64,000 nucleotides of DNA from Candidatus Obscuribacteraceae bacterium (GTDB lineage Bacteria > Cyanobacteriota > Vampirovibrionia > Obscuribacterales > Obscuribacteraceae), in assembly GCA_044226015.1 (NCBI GenBank), contig JBGAHS010000002.1:160001-224000 (forward strand), written 5' to 3'. Shown here in pieces: positions 9,609 through 20,468 of the stretch; the stretch's first letter is position 1, and each line of letters opens with the position of its first letter. Both the position numbers and the translations under genes were made by a program. Below the pieces are notes generated by a model. It worked only from the letters and a program-made list of their open reading frames with translations, searched no databases and had not been told where the DNA came from.

Positions 9609-10490
9609 ATGGGCGAATTCATCGCTATATTCATAACTTGTTATGTCCTGCATGCCTGCGGCATAACCATAGGTTATCACCGACTACTTTCACACAGAGC
9701 TTTCTGCGCGCCTAAGGCAGTCGAGTACTTCTGGGTGGCTCTCGGCTATCTCGCATTTGAAGGTTCACCAATCTGGTGGGCAACAATTCACAGAGCGCAC
9801 CACCGCCACGTCGACACGCCGCTTGATCCCCATTCCCCACGCTATGGTCTTGCGTATGCATTCACCGGATGGCTAATGTTGGATGAATACCCAAGCCACA
9901 TCTGTCCTGAAAAACAATCAAAAGACCTTATCAATGACCCAATCTATAGATTCTTAGAACAGGGTGGAAAACTGAAGAGAGCCCATGCGCTTTCATTCGC
10001 AATAAACTTTCTCGTCCGCGGCATAATCTGGATGGTGTTTGGACCAATTCCAGCTCTGGCAAGCTTACTTGGTGGATTGGCAGTACTGGGTATTCCACTT
10101 ATGCTCAACGTTGTATGCCATATGCCATTCCTCGGTTACAAAAACTATAAAGGCTCAGATGACAGCGTAAACGTCTGGTGGGTCGGCGTTCTAGCTATGG
10201 GCGAAGGCTGGCACAATAATCACCATGCTTATCCTGGTTCAGCTAGATCAGGTCTACACTGGTGGGAACTCGATGTTTCGTGGCTTATCATCAGCTTCAT
10301 GAGCCGATTCAAAATGGTGCATCACATAAATGACGCGATGTATCAGAAGAAAAAAGCGCACAAACTACACAAGAAAGCACCTCTGCAAACAGTTGGGGCA
10401 AGCTTACCTACAGGAATGCCGCAAATAGATTTGAGCAAAACTCGTCTGCCGCTGGAACCTGAAAAAGTAACAGTGTCTGCAAAAGCGTAG
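9609..10490 (+). CDS. Delta-9-type membrane fatty acid (acyl-CoA/acyl-lipid) desaturase
   Basis: His boxes GYHRLLSH, HRAHH, GEGWHNNHH; DPHSP motif. Confidence 0.95.
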   Translation: MGEFIAIFITCYVLHACGITIGYHRLLSHRAFCAPKAVEYFWVALGYLAFEGSPIWWATIHRAHHRHVDTPLDPHSPRYGLAYAFTGWLMLDEYPSHICPEKQSKDLINDPIYRFLEQGGKLKRAHALSFAINFLVRGIIWMVFGPIPALASLLGGLAVLGIPLMLNVVCHMPFLGYKNYKGSDDSVNVWWVGVLAMGEGWHNNHHAYPGSARSGLHWWELDVSWLIISFMSRFKMVHHINDAMYQKKKAHKLHKKAPLQTVGASLPTGMPQIDLSKTRLPLEPEKVTVSAKA

Positions 10491-10824
10491 CTATTAGCTC
10501 TAGTTCGTGCCATACTCGAACTACTAATCGTGAATTCAATTGAATCGTCGTTGTCTGCATCGGCCATTTCCATGGCGATTGCCTTTGCTTGATGCACAAG
10601 CAAAATAGCTAATAAAGCTACTAAACTGCATGCTCTTTCCTAAAGCCGTCAGCCTCTGGCTGGCAAACGAAGGAAGCACAACGTACTCACTTAATGGGTT
10701 GCCGAGCGCGATGATCGCCGCAACTACCCGATCAATTTTAGAAACGCTTTTGCGTAAAAAATTATCCATCAAGTCTTCATCAATTTCGCTTTCCGATAAG
10801 TGTTTCCAACTTATTGAGGTTTTT

Positions 10825-11103
10825 ATGTCTAACAAGTTATTCGTGCGCAACCTGTCTTACGAGACAGAGAACTCTGAACTTAGTGCGCTGTTTCGCCCAT
10901 ATGGGTCGGTTCTTTCGGTAAGAATACCTGTCGATCGGCAAACTGGGCGTTGTCGTGGTTTTGGCTTTGTGGAAATGTCCACAACAGAAGCTGCAAAATC
11001 AGCAATGCAATCACTGAATCGCCAGAACTTTGCTGGTCGAAAAATACACGTCTCTGTTTCAGAAGAACGTGATACCAGAGCCACTACATACGGTATCTAT
11101 TAA
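10825..11103 (+). CDS. RRM RNA-binding protein (cyanobacterial Rbp-like)
   Basis: RNP2 LFVRNL and RNP1 RGFGFVEM; ATG 10825 preceded by GAGG RBS. Confidence 0.93.
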   Translation: MSNKLFVRNLSYETENSELSALFRPYGSVLSVRIPVDRQTGRCRGFGFVEMSTTEAAKSAMQSLNRQNFAGRKIHVSVSEERDTRATTYGIY

Positions 11104-11124
11104 GAGTCCAATTCCCCAAGAGAG

Positions 11125-11154
11125 CTGCAGCCGAACTGAATATTTCGGCTGCAG
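11125..11154. terminator. Hairpin terminator between convergent genes
   Basis: CTGCAGCCGAA-N8-TTCGGCTGCAG, 11-bp perfect stem. Confidence 0.75.
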
Positions 11155-11193
11155 TTTCGAATTTTTGATTTCCATCTTGAGCACTCAGATAGG

Positions 11194-14100
11194 CTAGCTT
11201 CTGCTGAAGTGGTTATTTCCGTAGCTGAAATTCTGGTTGAAAAACTGGAACATCGGTGCTGAATTCTGTTGCACTACATTCATCGGAATTCTCTGTTGAT
11301 GCAGAGCACCAAGCATATCTGTTGTTGATTCGAGCACCTCGGTCATTATCTCTTGCGTCCGTTCGGGTCCATGAACAGAAGAAATTATCGAATGCAGAGA
11401 AGATAGCGAGCCTATATCCCTCGGCTGAAAATGCACTGGCACGTGACCAAGGCGATGTGCAGCAAAGGGAGCTGCAGAGGTGATGCACTGATATGCTGTA
11501 GCAAAATCAGCATTCGTATTGAGCGCTAGCTCGCTGCTGCATTGCATGTATTGAGTAGCCATTGGTGAGTTTAGATCGGATGGACCACTTATCTGGTTCA
11601 TAACCAGGACTTGCTCGACTTCTTCAGCGCTCAAACTTTTTGCTAGCTCGCCGTGAGCAAGTGAGAAAACTGAATCGTGCTCATGACCATGACTCTGCCT
11701 TGCAGACTGATAGGTATACGCTAGAGTCGCGACAATTGCTTGTTTTCTTCTGCTCGGGTGCATCGATTGAATTGCCGGGTTTTGCGCCGCACCCCGGGTA
11801 TCAGCTCCGATAGGAAGCCCACTTCCTACGAGAGCCTCGGTTGCAGGCCCAATATTTCGGTTCCATGGAGATTCTGTTGACTGCGGATTTGAAATCAGGT
11901 GAACTGCCATAGCATCTTTTTCATCGGTCCAATCACCAAAGTTGTCGCGCAAATAATCTGTATACGCGTTTCCTTTCTGGCGTGATACATAGGCTTGCGA
12001 CCCCTGCACAGCAGCCTCAAACATTGCATGCTGAAAGCGTTGCTTTGCGAGGGCAGTTTTATTCCAGCTACTGCCTGTATTGCTGAGCCAGTTAGCTGCC
12101 ATGTTCTCCATTAGCCCTTGCGGTTGTCTCAACTGAGAACCTGCCGCAGCAGTTCTTGCCGCATCTTTTGCCGCGTCATCAGACTTTATTCTGTTTGCAT
12201 AACCTGCGGCATACAATCCATGTGCAAGCTCAGACTCATTGGCTCCAGCAGCAAAATTCACTCGACTGACGCCACCATCAGCAGAACCAATAACTGAAGT
12301 TTTGCTCTGCCCGACTCTCAAGCCAACGCCATTGCAGCTGGTGATATCAGACAATAGTTTTCTTGTGTCTACGTGGCTCAAATTCGCCATATCCCACCCA
12401 CCTGCATCAACGGTTGGAACGTTATACATGCTCGTTTGATTTGCATTAGCTGTCGCAGCCTGCTTTGCGCTATTCGCATTAGCCTGATTCGCTTGCACCT
12501 TTTTCGCCGGACCTTGCTGGGGCATCGGCGGTGTTGCAATCGGCTGCGCGCCTACGTTTTTCATACCAGGTGAAGGCGTAAGCGGTACAGCCTCCTTTTC
12601 CGGAGGAATGTTTAGCGCAACGCCATCAGCTTTTTCCTCTGCAGTGCCCATGTTTATTTTCTGTCCATTAGCCGGGTCCAGACCAGCAGCAGCAAGTTTC
12701 GTTTTATCGTCGGGCTTTTTGGCTTCGCCGTTTTGCTTCAATGATGGTCCATTCTGAACCATATTCTTTAGAGCGCCTGAATCTTTGTCTTTGCTGGCAA
12801 CCGAGTTCAGCGAATTGAGCAGTTCCTTGTTTCCGGCTTCACCAGGAAGCCCTTTCATGCCCACGTTTTTTGTTTTGGCCAAGCCTGTATCGGCAAAGCG
12901 TCCGTCAGTGTACCAACCTACTCCATCTCCAACGGCTTTCATGCCAGCGTCCTTCAGTCCCTTCAAGGCGTCCATGCTTGCGCCCAGCACAAGTCCAGGT
13001 GTGAGGAAATCAGAAGCCGGGCTTATCTTAGCTTTCGCCAGGAAGGTGGGCACTTGAATCATCAATTGCAAAACACCAATTGAAACAAGAATCTTCCCCC
13101 ATGGGTTGAAATTGGAAAACACAACAATCGTTAGAACCTTCAGAAGCCCTACCCAGACGAAGGTCCAGAGGCTTGTTTCAACAAAAGCGCGCACATATGT
13201 TGTCGCATATTCTTCTGTGTCGGGAAGTGCGAAGAACACAAGAAAAATGGGAGCAAACATATATTGTGCTGTCAAAAGAGCTGTTTGAATAGCTTTCAGC
13301 ACGATAACATAAACTATTTCGGCAATGAGTATGCCACCGAGTATGGTGAACACCAGCGAAGATGCAAAATAAAAGAGCGAGCCAACATAAGAGCCCGCGA
13401 CTGGAAGAGCAAGATTTGCAGCTACAGGAGCAAGTACCATAGTTGCTCCTGCTCCTACAGCGACCAGCCCTCCCTTCACCGCCTGGGCGAGCGTGTATTC
13501 CAGCATCGCCACGTCTTGCGGCGAGTTGAAGTAAATTGCTTTGATCATTTCATTGCTGATTTGAATAATGAAAGCATAGATTGTCGGCCAGGCAAGCATG
13601 AGCCCGGAGGTTGCGATGAGGCGACCAACAGGACCCATCAAATTGCCTGCACCGTTCCAGGAAGCCTCAGCCCAAAACTTCCATATACATAGAATAAACA
13701 GCAGCAGAAGCAAATCAACCGCAATTCCATACATAACATCAGCAGCTTGTCTTACATATTTAGAAATGCCATCATCAGCTTTTCCATCTAGCCCATTCAC
13801 GGCAATGTTCGGATTCAGCACAAAAATTCTCAGAACTTTTGCCAGGAATTGAACCGTGTCAGCCATCCAGCCATCAATGATCTCTGACATCCACTTTCCT
13901 ACCAGCTGACCAATATTCTGGAAGAGATTGCCAACAACGTCATCTTTGAACCATTGATGCATTCCGTGATAAGTCTCGTTCACGCCACCGAGGCTAGCAT
14001 TGAGAATGTTGTTCGCTGCCTTTTGAATCTCAACTCCCTCATTTTGTTCTGCCGCCTGAAAAACAAGCGGGGAGTATTCACCCGTGAGAATCTTCGCCAC

Positions 14101-14379
14101 ACCTTTATTGATGTTTTCCTGGTTAATCCGAGAAGCAGCATCAACCTTATACAGGTTACCGACAGCATCCTCATAAATATTTGGAATAGTCGAGTCTGTG
14201 TTCGCTGCTCGACCAGAAGGCAAAATACCAGAGCCAGAACTTTTTATAGCAGACCCTGGAACTTCCCTGGTCTGCGAAAGCGCTGGCAACAGCGTCGAAG
14301 TGAATAGCAAAATTGGAATTAATGCCCAAGCAAATATAGACCGTGCTCTTGCGAGCAACGGCACAAACCACAAATCCAT
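11194..14379 (-). CDS. Large polytopic membrane protein, VirB6/TrbL-like core with ~600-aa soluble C-terminal region
   Basis: 1061 aa; signal-like N-terminus; TM cluster with VirB6-like pattern (QYMFAPIFLVFFALPDT..Y.R.FVE..LWTFVW..LL). Family call is inference. Confidence 0.7.
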   Translation of the reverse strand: MDLWFVPLLARARSIFAWALIPILLFTSTLLPALSQTREVPGSAIKSSGSGILPSGRAANTDSTIPNIYEDAVGNLYKVDAASRINQENINKGVAKILTGEYSPLVFQAAEQNEGVEIQKAANNILNASLGGVNETYHGMHQWFKDDVVGNLFQNIGQLVGKWMSEIIDGWMADTVQFLAKVLRIFVLNPNIAVNGLDGKADDGISKYVRQAADVMYGIAVDLLLLLFILCIWKFWAEASWNGAGNLMGPVGRLIATSGLMLAWPTIYAFIIQISNEMIKAIYFNSPQDVAMLEYTLAQAVKGGLVAVGAGATMVLAPVAANLALPVAGSYVGSLFYFASSLVFTILGGILIAEIVYVIVLKAIQTALLTAQYMFAPIFLVFFALPDTEEYATTYVRAFVETSLWTFVWVGLLKVLTIVVFSNFNPWGKILVSIGVLQLMIQVPTFLAKAKISPASDFLTPGLVLGASMDALKGLKDAGMKAVGDGVGWYTDGRFADTGLAKTKNVGMKGLPGEAGNKELLNSLNSVASKDKDSGALKNMVQNGPSLKQNGEAKKPDDKTKLAAAGLDPANGQKINMGTAEEKADGVALNIPPEKEAVPLTPSPGMKNVGAQPIATPPMPQQGPAKKVQANQANANSAKQAATANANQTSMYNVPTVDAGGWDMANLSHVDTRKLLSDITSCNGVGLRVGQSKTSVIGSADGGVSRVNFAAGANESELAHGLYAAGYANRIKSDDAAKDAARTAAAGSQLRQPQGLMENMAANWLSNTGSSWNKTALAKQRFQHAMFEAAVQGSQAYVSRQKGNAYTDYLRDNFGDWTDEKDAMAVHLISNPQSTESPWNRNIGPATEALVGSGLPIGADTRGAAQNPAIQSMHPSRRKQAIVATLAYTYQSARQSHGHEHDSVFSLAHGELAKSLSAEEVEQVLVMNQISGPSDLNSPMATQYMQCSSELALNTNADFATAYQCITSAAPFAAHRLGHVPVHFQPRDIGSLSSLHSIISSVHGPERTQEIMTEVLESTTDMLGALHQQRIPMNVVQQNSAPMFQFFNQNFSYGNNHFSRS

Positions 14380-14867
14380 CCCTTAACCTCAATAAGATAT
14401 GTTGAATCTAATTTGTGAGTTTGAAAACGGTTTGAAAAACGCGGAAAGGATCATCGTAGATCTCCACGTCCTGTTTTCCGCGTTTAATCTTGACCAAGAA
14501 AGCAAACGCCGCAAGCCCAATCATGCAACCATGAAGAATCCCAACGCCATTCCATGCCAGCTGACAATATGCCGACACTCGTGTGGAGGACATAGAATGA
14601 AATCAATGAAGAAAGAGCGAAAGAAAAAATGAGCAAGAACGTATTTGCAGATTTTAGTTTCAGCGAAAATGAACTCAATGGTTGGATGATGAACAAGCCT
14701 GAATATTTTCCTGAATCTGCTGAAGCAATGCTGGATGGAATAGCTGGGCTTTACGCAGGTCTAGATCAAACAGACGAACATACTGCTTTTTTGCTGCGTA
14801 TCATGTCTTAGCTCCATCAGGTAGAGTTTAGTATGACGTTCTTGATACCTGCAAACGGAACTAATCG

Positions 14868-15302
14868 CTAACTTCTGCACTTTTCATTCTTCGATATGCC
14901 GTGCGACTTTAGCCAATTTTCCAAGACAGATGGATTCTTCAAGACCGCCTGATATCCCCAGCCGGACCATTCAACACTAAAAAGCGAAACATGTAATTTG
15001 ACAGGCTTTTTCCCTTTAAATGCAAAGAAAAACTGATAATCACCGTGTCCGTGCGCCAACCTGCGGCCGTCATTCTTGATAGCAAGACAGTGTTGCGTAT
15101 TTAGTATTTCAGTTTTGTCGTCTGTTTGGTAAACAGTCTTACCTTCCTTTTGGACAGTTAAGTACATAGCTCCCCGTATTGCATCATCAAGACTCTCTTG
15201 AGTGGGTTCTGGCGAATTTGTTTCACCTTGACTGAACGAAGATGGAAGAGCATTTAGAAATAAACAACAGAGCAGCAAAATAGCTTTATGCACTTTATTC
15301 AT
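14868..15302 (-). CDS. Hypothetical exported protein
   Basis: 144 aa; signal-peptide-like N-terminus; start overlaps the upstream ORF stop. Confidence 0.65.
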   Translation of the reverse strand: MNKVHKAILLLCCLFLNALPSSFSQGETNSPEPTQESLDDAIRGAMYLTVQKEGKTVYQTDDKTEILNTQHCLAIKNDGRRLAHGHGDYQFFFAFKGKKPVKLHVSLFSVEWSGWGYQAVLKNPSVLENWLKSHGISKNEKCRS

Positions 15303-15588
15303 TTACCTTATCAAAAAATGCACAAGCTTGCATCATGCTATCTGCAGAGCACTTAGACGGTGTCTCAGCCTGCTTAAATAGGGCACCCATTGAATGATAT
15401 TGCGCAGGCAATCCAGAAGTAGACTCGGGTATTTTTGATTCAGCAGGCGGACTAAGCTTCTTCATCACATTGGCATTTGATTCGGATGGTTGAGTTTCTT
15501 TAGAGAGCTTTTCTGCAACCTTCTTTTGTTGGATTTGACTTCTTTCAGCTGTTGAATCAAACGTTTGAGAAGGCTTCTCGTCCGACAT
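15295..15588 (-). CDS. Hypothetical protein
   Basis: ORF from MSDEKPSQ, coupled to the next ORF. Confidence 0.5.
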   Translation of the reverse strand: MSDEKPSQTFDSTAERSQIQQKKVAEKLSKETQPSESNANVMKKLSPPAESKIPESTSGLPAQYHSMGALFKQAETPSKCSADSMMQACAFFDKVNE

Positions 15589-15734
15589 TAGAGCACTCCA
15601 ATGACTCAAACTACCAATTTTACTTGCCCAAAGATATCAAATTCGAATCGCAATAAAGATCTACAGCGAAAAGCACGAGATCGGCAATTAATCTGTGCGG
15701 TTGGCGCTTAGAACTGCAATCTAAGAAACAAGAA

Positions 15735-15760
15735 GGGAGCAGAATTTGCGTTCTGCTCCC
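15735..15760 (-). terminator. Rho-independent terminator after otsA
   Basis: GGGAGCAGAA-N6-TTCTGCTCCC; T-rich tail on the minus strand. Confidence 0.75.
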
Positions 15761-15787
15761 CTCAAATAACTATTCGAATTGTCTATG

Positions 15788-17221
15788 CTATTTCTTCGAA
15801 TCTGTGTCCGAAGTAATTGCCTGGCGCAAGAAGCCGCAAGCCCAGTCATGCAATCTGTTCCATGCAACAACATGACGCATCGAAACCATGCGACGACGTT
15901 TTTCTTCTACGCCCATCGAAAGACCTTGTTGAATGCCCTCGGCAATTGAATCAGCACTAACAGGATCAACAAGAAGAGCGCCGCTCATAAGCTCTGATGC
16001 ACAACCTGCTTTTTCGCTCAACACGAGTGTGCCGAGTTCATCCTGACGGCAAGCGATGTACTCTTTCGCGATTAGGTTCAAGCCATCGCGCACTGGAGTT
16101 ACCGCCAGCACATCAGCGACTTGATACCATGCAGCTAACTGTGAATGTTCGAAATTACCAGTCATGAATACGATTGGTTCCCAACCATCACGTCTGAATT
16201 TTTGATTGATTTCAATAACTCTGGCTTTCACCTTAGCTGCATACTCATCGGTCTGCGGCGAAGTGAAGCCTGGTTGAGCCAACTGCACATAGTGCATGCG
16301 GCGATGATAGTCAGGATGCGATTCGAGGAATTTTTCCAAGCCAGCAAGTTTTTCGAGAATACCCTTGGAGTAATCGAGACGATCAACACCAAGAATAATC
16401 TGTTGCGCCAGTCGGTTTGTTACCGGAATTGCTTCGACCAGCGCTCTTGAAGAGCGAGCCAGCCGCTGCCAATAGGGATAGTCTAGACCGAGTGGCATAG
16501 CCAGAACTCTTGTGATATTTCCGCGGAACTTGATGGTCTGATTTTCTGAATCAAGAACAGCATCTGGAATCAGTTCTGCAACTGTTGCCATAAAGTTGTT
16601 TGCATACTCAGCTGTATGGAAACCAAGTACGCGATTTGCCAGCAGAGCTTCGCAAATCTCAACGCCGACTGGTGAAGCTGCAAGAAGTTCTGGTGAAGGC
16701 CACGGAATATGCCAGAAGTGGGAGAGAATGACTCCAGCATCCATTGCCAGCATTGGCGCCAGCAGCACCATTTCAAAATCGTGCAGCCAGAGCAAGGTCG
16801 GGAAACTATGAGATGCGACTTTCTGTGACTTGTGTGCAAGCATCAAGCTGAGCTGACGGAAATTTTTCCATTCCTCTGCGTCAAAGTTGGCTCTTTCCGG
16901 CATGCCATGGAAGAGAGGCCAGAGGTAGTTAGTCACTGCTTTGCTGTTTTGCGCGACAACGTCATCGCTCAGCTCGGGTCTATGAAAGCTAAAACCCGCA
17001 ATCGGCTTTTCATCCGGCTGCGGGACTCCTGAAAGTGCTATCCATTGAACTTTGGTTCCGAGTTGCTTCGTCAGAGGAGCAAGACTGGTTGCAACGCCAC
17101 CACCTTGACCAGGTCCGCGGAAAGAAAAAATCTTCAAGGTCGGCAGATGAATCTGCAGGTGTCCTAAATCTTCGGCCGTCAATGGATTTAGCAGATGTGG
17201 CTGCTGTGTGACTGTAAACAT
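15788..17221 (-). CDS. otsA: Trehalose-6-phosphate synthase family (GT20)
   Basis: LWPLFH, WLHD, HFWHIPWP, GVDRLDYSKG, RDGLNLIAKEY. Confidence 0.85.
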   Translation of the reverse strand: MFTVTQQPHLLNPLTAEDLGHLQIHLPTLKIFSFRGPGQGGGVATSLAPLTKQLGTKVQWIALSGVPQPDEKPIAGFSFHRPELSDDVVAQNSKAVTNYLWPLFHGMPERANFDAEEWKNFRQLSLMLAHKSQKVASHSFPTLLWLHDFEMVLLAPMLAMDAGVILSHFWHIPWPSPELLAASPVGVEICEALLANRVLGFHTAEYANNFMATVAELIPDAVLDSENQTIKFRGNITRVLAMPLGLDYPYWQRLARSSRALVEAIPVTNRLAQQIILGVDRLDYSKGILEKLAGLEKFLESHPDYHRRMHYVQLAQPGFTSPQTDEYAAKVKARVIEINQKFRRDGWEPIVFMTGNFEHSQLAAWYQVADVLAVTPVRDGLNLIAKEYIACRQDELGTLVLSEKAGCASELMSGALLVDPVSADSIAEGIQQGLSMGVEEKRRRMVSMRHVVAWNRLHDWACGFLRQAITSDTDSKK

Positions 17222-17718
17222 GGTGAACGACCTCTTGCCCGTCTTCTAACGTAATCCGATACGCCGACGCATGTTAAAGCAGGATAATATAATCGCCCTT
17301 TTAACCCACGCCCGTATATCTAGTCACTCTAGAGTAATCTATGCGCATACGGTAATCAAGTTGCATTTGACTTAATTAGTAAGAAATTAGCCGACACGCG
17401 AATTGCTGAAACCTTGTATTTATCAGCCTTCCCAGGGCTGCAAAGAGAAGCGCCTCGCGAAGTCAAGCAGCGCATGCAAGCGCAAGAAATGACACTATAT
17501 CCGACACCGCAAGTGGTGGCAGATCGCGAGTTTAGTGCACAAATCGAATTGACTCAGAGTTCCTGAAAGTAGACAGAAAGCAAGCAAGATTTAAGGCGCT
17601 TAATAATGTGCAGCATAGCCCGATCACCGCTGCAGCTTGGCGTTGGGAGAATCGAGACGATAAGTCACGCTGCCACTCTATTTGGTGCCAGCGAAGCAAG
17701 CACGCAAAGCCTGTCAGC

Positions 17719-18225
17719 TCAAGAGTTTCGCGAACTCACTTTATGTTTTGCATTGCTGCCACTCATGGCTCTAACGAGATTGGCCATCTCAATTCCTGCC
17801 ATCGCTGCATCAACACCTTTGTTTCCAGCTTTAGTTCCCGCACGCTCAACAGCCTGCTCGATAGAGTCTGTCGTGACAACGCCGAATATGGTCGGCACTC
17901 CAGTTTCTTGACCCACTGCTGCGATGCCCTTCGAGCACTCAGCACAGACGAGGTCGTAATGAGATGTCGAGCCCCTAATAACCGCACCGAGACAAATTAC
18001 TGCGTCATATTTTGCAGACTTAGCTGCCTTGCCAGCGACAAACGGAATTTCATAAGCACCAGGGCACCAGATTACTTCAACATTGTCATCATCGACACCG
18101 TGACGGCGCAGAGTATCTAAGCAGCCACCAAGTAACTTCGAGGTAATGAACTCATTGAAGCGGCTCACTACAACGCAGAATGACAGACCAGAGCCGATCA
18201 GTTCCCCTTCAATTACTTTTGGCAT
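17719..18225 (-). CDS. ribH: 6,7-dimethyl-8-ribityllumazine synthase
   Basis: SRFNEFI, PGAYEIP, LGAVIRG.TSHYD, GNKG; ATG with AGGAG RBS. Confidence 0.97.
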   Translation of the reverse strand: MPKVIEGELIGSGLSFCVVVSRFNEFITSKLLGGCLDTLRRHGVDDDNVEVIWCPGAYEIPFVAGKAAKSAKYDAVICLGAVIRGSTSHYDLVCAECSKGIAAVGQETGVPTIFGVVTTDSIEQAVERAGTKAGNKGVDAAMAGIEMANLVRAMSGSNAKHKVSSRNS

Positions 18226-18268
18226 TTCTTTCAAACTCCTCTCAATTAAAACTACAGTAGTGACCAGA

Positions 18269-19609
18269 TTAGCCCTTGAGACCCTCGAACCAGTGACCCA
18301 TCTTTTCCTTTTTGGTCATGAGATAAGCCATGTTATGGCTGTTGCAAGCCGCAGGCATAGCCACTCTTCCAGTAATGCTCAAACCATAACCTTCAAGACC
18401 AACAATTTTTCTCGGGTTGTTGGTGATTATGCGAACTGAGGTCAAGCCGAGGTCAGCCAGAATCTGCGCGCCCACGCCATAGTCGCGCAGGTCGGGCTTG
18501 AAGCCCAGAGATTCATTTGCCTGAACGGTGTCCTGTCCCTGGTCTTGCAACATGTACGCTTTGATTTTGTTGATGAGCCCGATGCCTCGCCCTTCCTGCC
18601 TCAGGTAGACCAGCACCCCATGCTCTTCTTGCGAAATCATCGCCATGGCAGCCTCAAGTTGTGGACCGCAATCACAACGCAGGCTGGCAAAAACGTCGCC
18701 CGTCAAACATTCGCTGTGAACGCGAATAAGCACATCTTTGCGTCCAGCAACGTCACCCTTCACGACAGCGACGTGGTCTTGTCCATCGAGATTATTACGG
18801 TAACCATAAAGCTTGAATTTGCCATAAGCCGACGGGAACTCAGCCTCGCCCTCTCTCACCACAAAGCGTTCTTTCTTCAAGCGATATGCAATGAGTTGAG
18901 CAATGGTGATGAACTTCAAACCATGCTTATCAGCGAATTCCTTCAAGTGCGGAACGCGTGACATGGTTCCGTCAGGGTTGATGATTTCGCAAATGACGCC
19001 GGCCGGAGTAAAGCCTGCGAGCCTGGCGAGGTCTACTGCAGCTTCGGTATGCCCTGCTCTTTTCAGAACACCGCCTGGTTTTGCGATTAATGGAGAGATG
19101 TGACCAGGACGACGCAGGTCATCGGGCTTGGTTTCGGGGTCGACGGCAACCTTGATTGTGGTGGCTCTATCGAAGGCACTGATGCCGGTCGTGACACCAT
19201 ATTTAGTATCAGCATCAATCGTCACAGTGAATGCTGTTCCCTGTGATTCAGTATTACGTTCTACCATGTAACCCAGGTTGAGCTGCTGCGCCTTCTCTTC
19301 TTCGATTGCCAGGCAAACCCATCCCCGAGCTTCTGAAATCATGAAATTGATCATGGCTGGAGTTATCAGCTCAGCAGCGCAGATTAGGTCGCCCTCATTC
19401 TCCCGCCCCTCATCATCAGCAACGATGACAAATTTCCCGGCTCGAATGTCAGCTAGAGCGTCTTCTATGGAATCGAAGAGCAGCGAATCATCATCTTGAG
19501 CCACTAACTTCTCGAATTCTTCTTTCATTTCCACGATAGGGATGCTCCTAGCTAAAGTCGGATTGGCGTTATTTTGTTGCATTTTGGACTCCATGGGTTT
19601 TCCAATCAA
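18269..19609 (-). CDS. ribBA: Bifunctional DHBP synthase / GTP cyclohydrolase II (start uncertain)
   Basis: [42 protein letters not shown]. Confidence 0.97.
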   Translation of the reverse strand: MIGKPMESKMQQNNANPTLARSIPIVEMKEEFEKLVAQDDDSLLFDSIEDALADIRAGKFVIVADDEGRENEGDLICAAELITPAMINFMISEARGWVCLAIEEEKAQQLNLGYMVERNTESQGTAFTVTIDADTKYGVTTGISAFDRATTIKVAVDPETKPDDLRRPGHISPLIAKPGGVLKRAGHTEAAVDLARLAGFTPAGVICEIINPDGTMSRVPHLKEFADKHGLKFITIAQLIAYRLKKERFVVREGEAEFPSAYGKFKLYGYRNNLDGQDHVAVVKGDVAGRKDVLIRVHSECLTGDVFASLRCDCGPQLEAAMAMISQEEHGVLVYLRQEGRGIGLINKIKAYMLQDQGQDTVQANESLGFKPDLRDYGVGAQILADLGLTSVRIITNNPRKIVGLEGYGLSITGRVAMPAACNSHNMAYLMTKKEKMGHWFEGLKG

Positions 19610-19643
19610 CTCAAATCACAGGTTTGGGCATGCTGCTCTGCCC

Positions 19644-20318
19644 TCAAGTGTAGCCATGCTCAGCAAGAAACTGCTGCGACAGACCTTCTTTGTTAAGATT
19701 CTTCGGGTTCACCGACTGCATCCAGCGCGCAACGTATTTGCCGATGAGATCCGCTTCAATATTTACGTCATCACCGGCAGACAGTGAAGCTAAAGTGGTG
19801 ACATCGAGCGTGTGTGGAATAGCCGCAATCGTGAAATTGAAATGTTCACCCACTGTCGGCTTGAGCGATGCCACAGTAAGACTGATCCCATCTATAGATA
19901 CGGATCCCTTTTCAATGAAAAACTGCTCAAGCGACGCTGGACAGGAAAACTCAATAATCCAGGAAAAACCTTCCTTCTTTACTGAGACGACTTTGGCGAT
20001 TGCGTCAACGTGTCCGCTGACGATGTGACCGCCAAGGCGGTCTGAAAACTTCAGCGCCCGCTCCATGTTCACCTTGTCGCCGTTCTTGAGCTGCCCAAGC
20101 TTACTTCTGCGCAAAGTTTCAAAACTGGCGTCGACCGAAAAGCTATCGGCAGTAAAATGCGTCACCGTGAGACAGACACCCGAAACAGAGATGGAATCAC
20201 CCAGCTTCACGTCGTCCAGTATGGTTTTGGCAGCGATTTTCATCCGCCGCCCGTCCGCAGAGTCGCTAGTACCAATAATTCGACCGACTTCTTCAACTAT
20301 GCCGGAAAACAAATTCAC
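19644..20318 (-). CDS. ribE: Riboflavin synthase alpha chain
   Basis: FSGIVEEVG, GVCLTV, RLGGHIVSGHVD, KGSVSIDGISLTV. Confidence 0.96.
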   Translation of the reverse strand: MNLFSGIVEEVGRIIGTSDSADGRRMKIAAKTILDDVKLGDSISVSGVCLTVTHFTADSFSVDASFETLRRSKLGQLKNGDKVNMERALKFSDRLGGHIVSGHVDAIAKVVSVKKEGFSWIIEFSCPASLEQFFIEKGSVSIDGISLTVASLKPTVGEHFNFTIAAIPHTLDVTTLASLSAGDDVNIEADLIGKYVARWMQSVNPKNLNKEGLSQQFLAEHGYT

Positions 20319-20439
20319 GACTCCTTATCTAACGTATATAGATGAAGGTATTCTACGGCTTGCAAAGAGCCCGCGACCACCTCGTAAACTAATAATTAGC
20401 TGTATTACAGAGATTTAGGAATCCAGTATTATGGGGGAC

Positions 20440-20468
20440 TTGACGAGACTAGACGACCGGTCTAATAT
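20440..20468 (+). promoter_or_regulatory. Sigma70-like promoter with an internal palindrome
   Basis: TTGACG-N17-TAATAT; TAGAC-N5-GTCTA at 20450-20464. Confidence 0.55.

Noticed and set aside
10630..10824. N-terminal extension of the RRM ORF in the ORF track
   Set aside because: The RRM fold and a GAGG RBS point to ATG 10825
14380..14867. Several 60-77-aa ORFs on both strands
   Set aside because: Mutually overlapping with no motifs; none can be supported as a gene
17222..17718. Possible ncRNA in the 500-bp gap between otsA and ribH
   Set aside because: No convincing stems or known RNA motif found by eye
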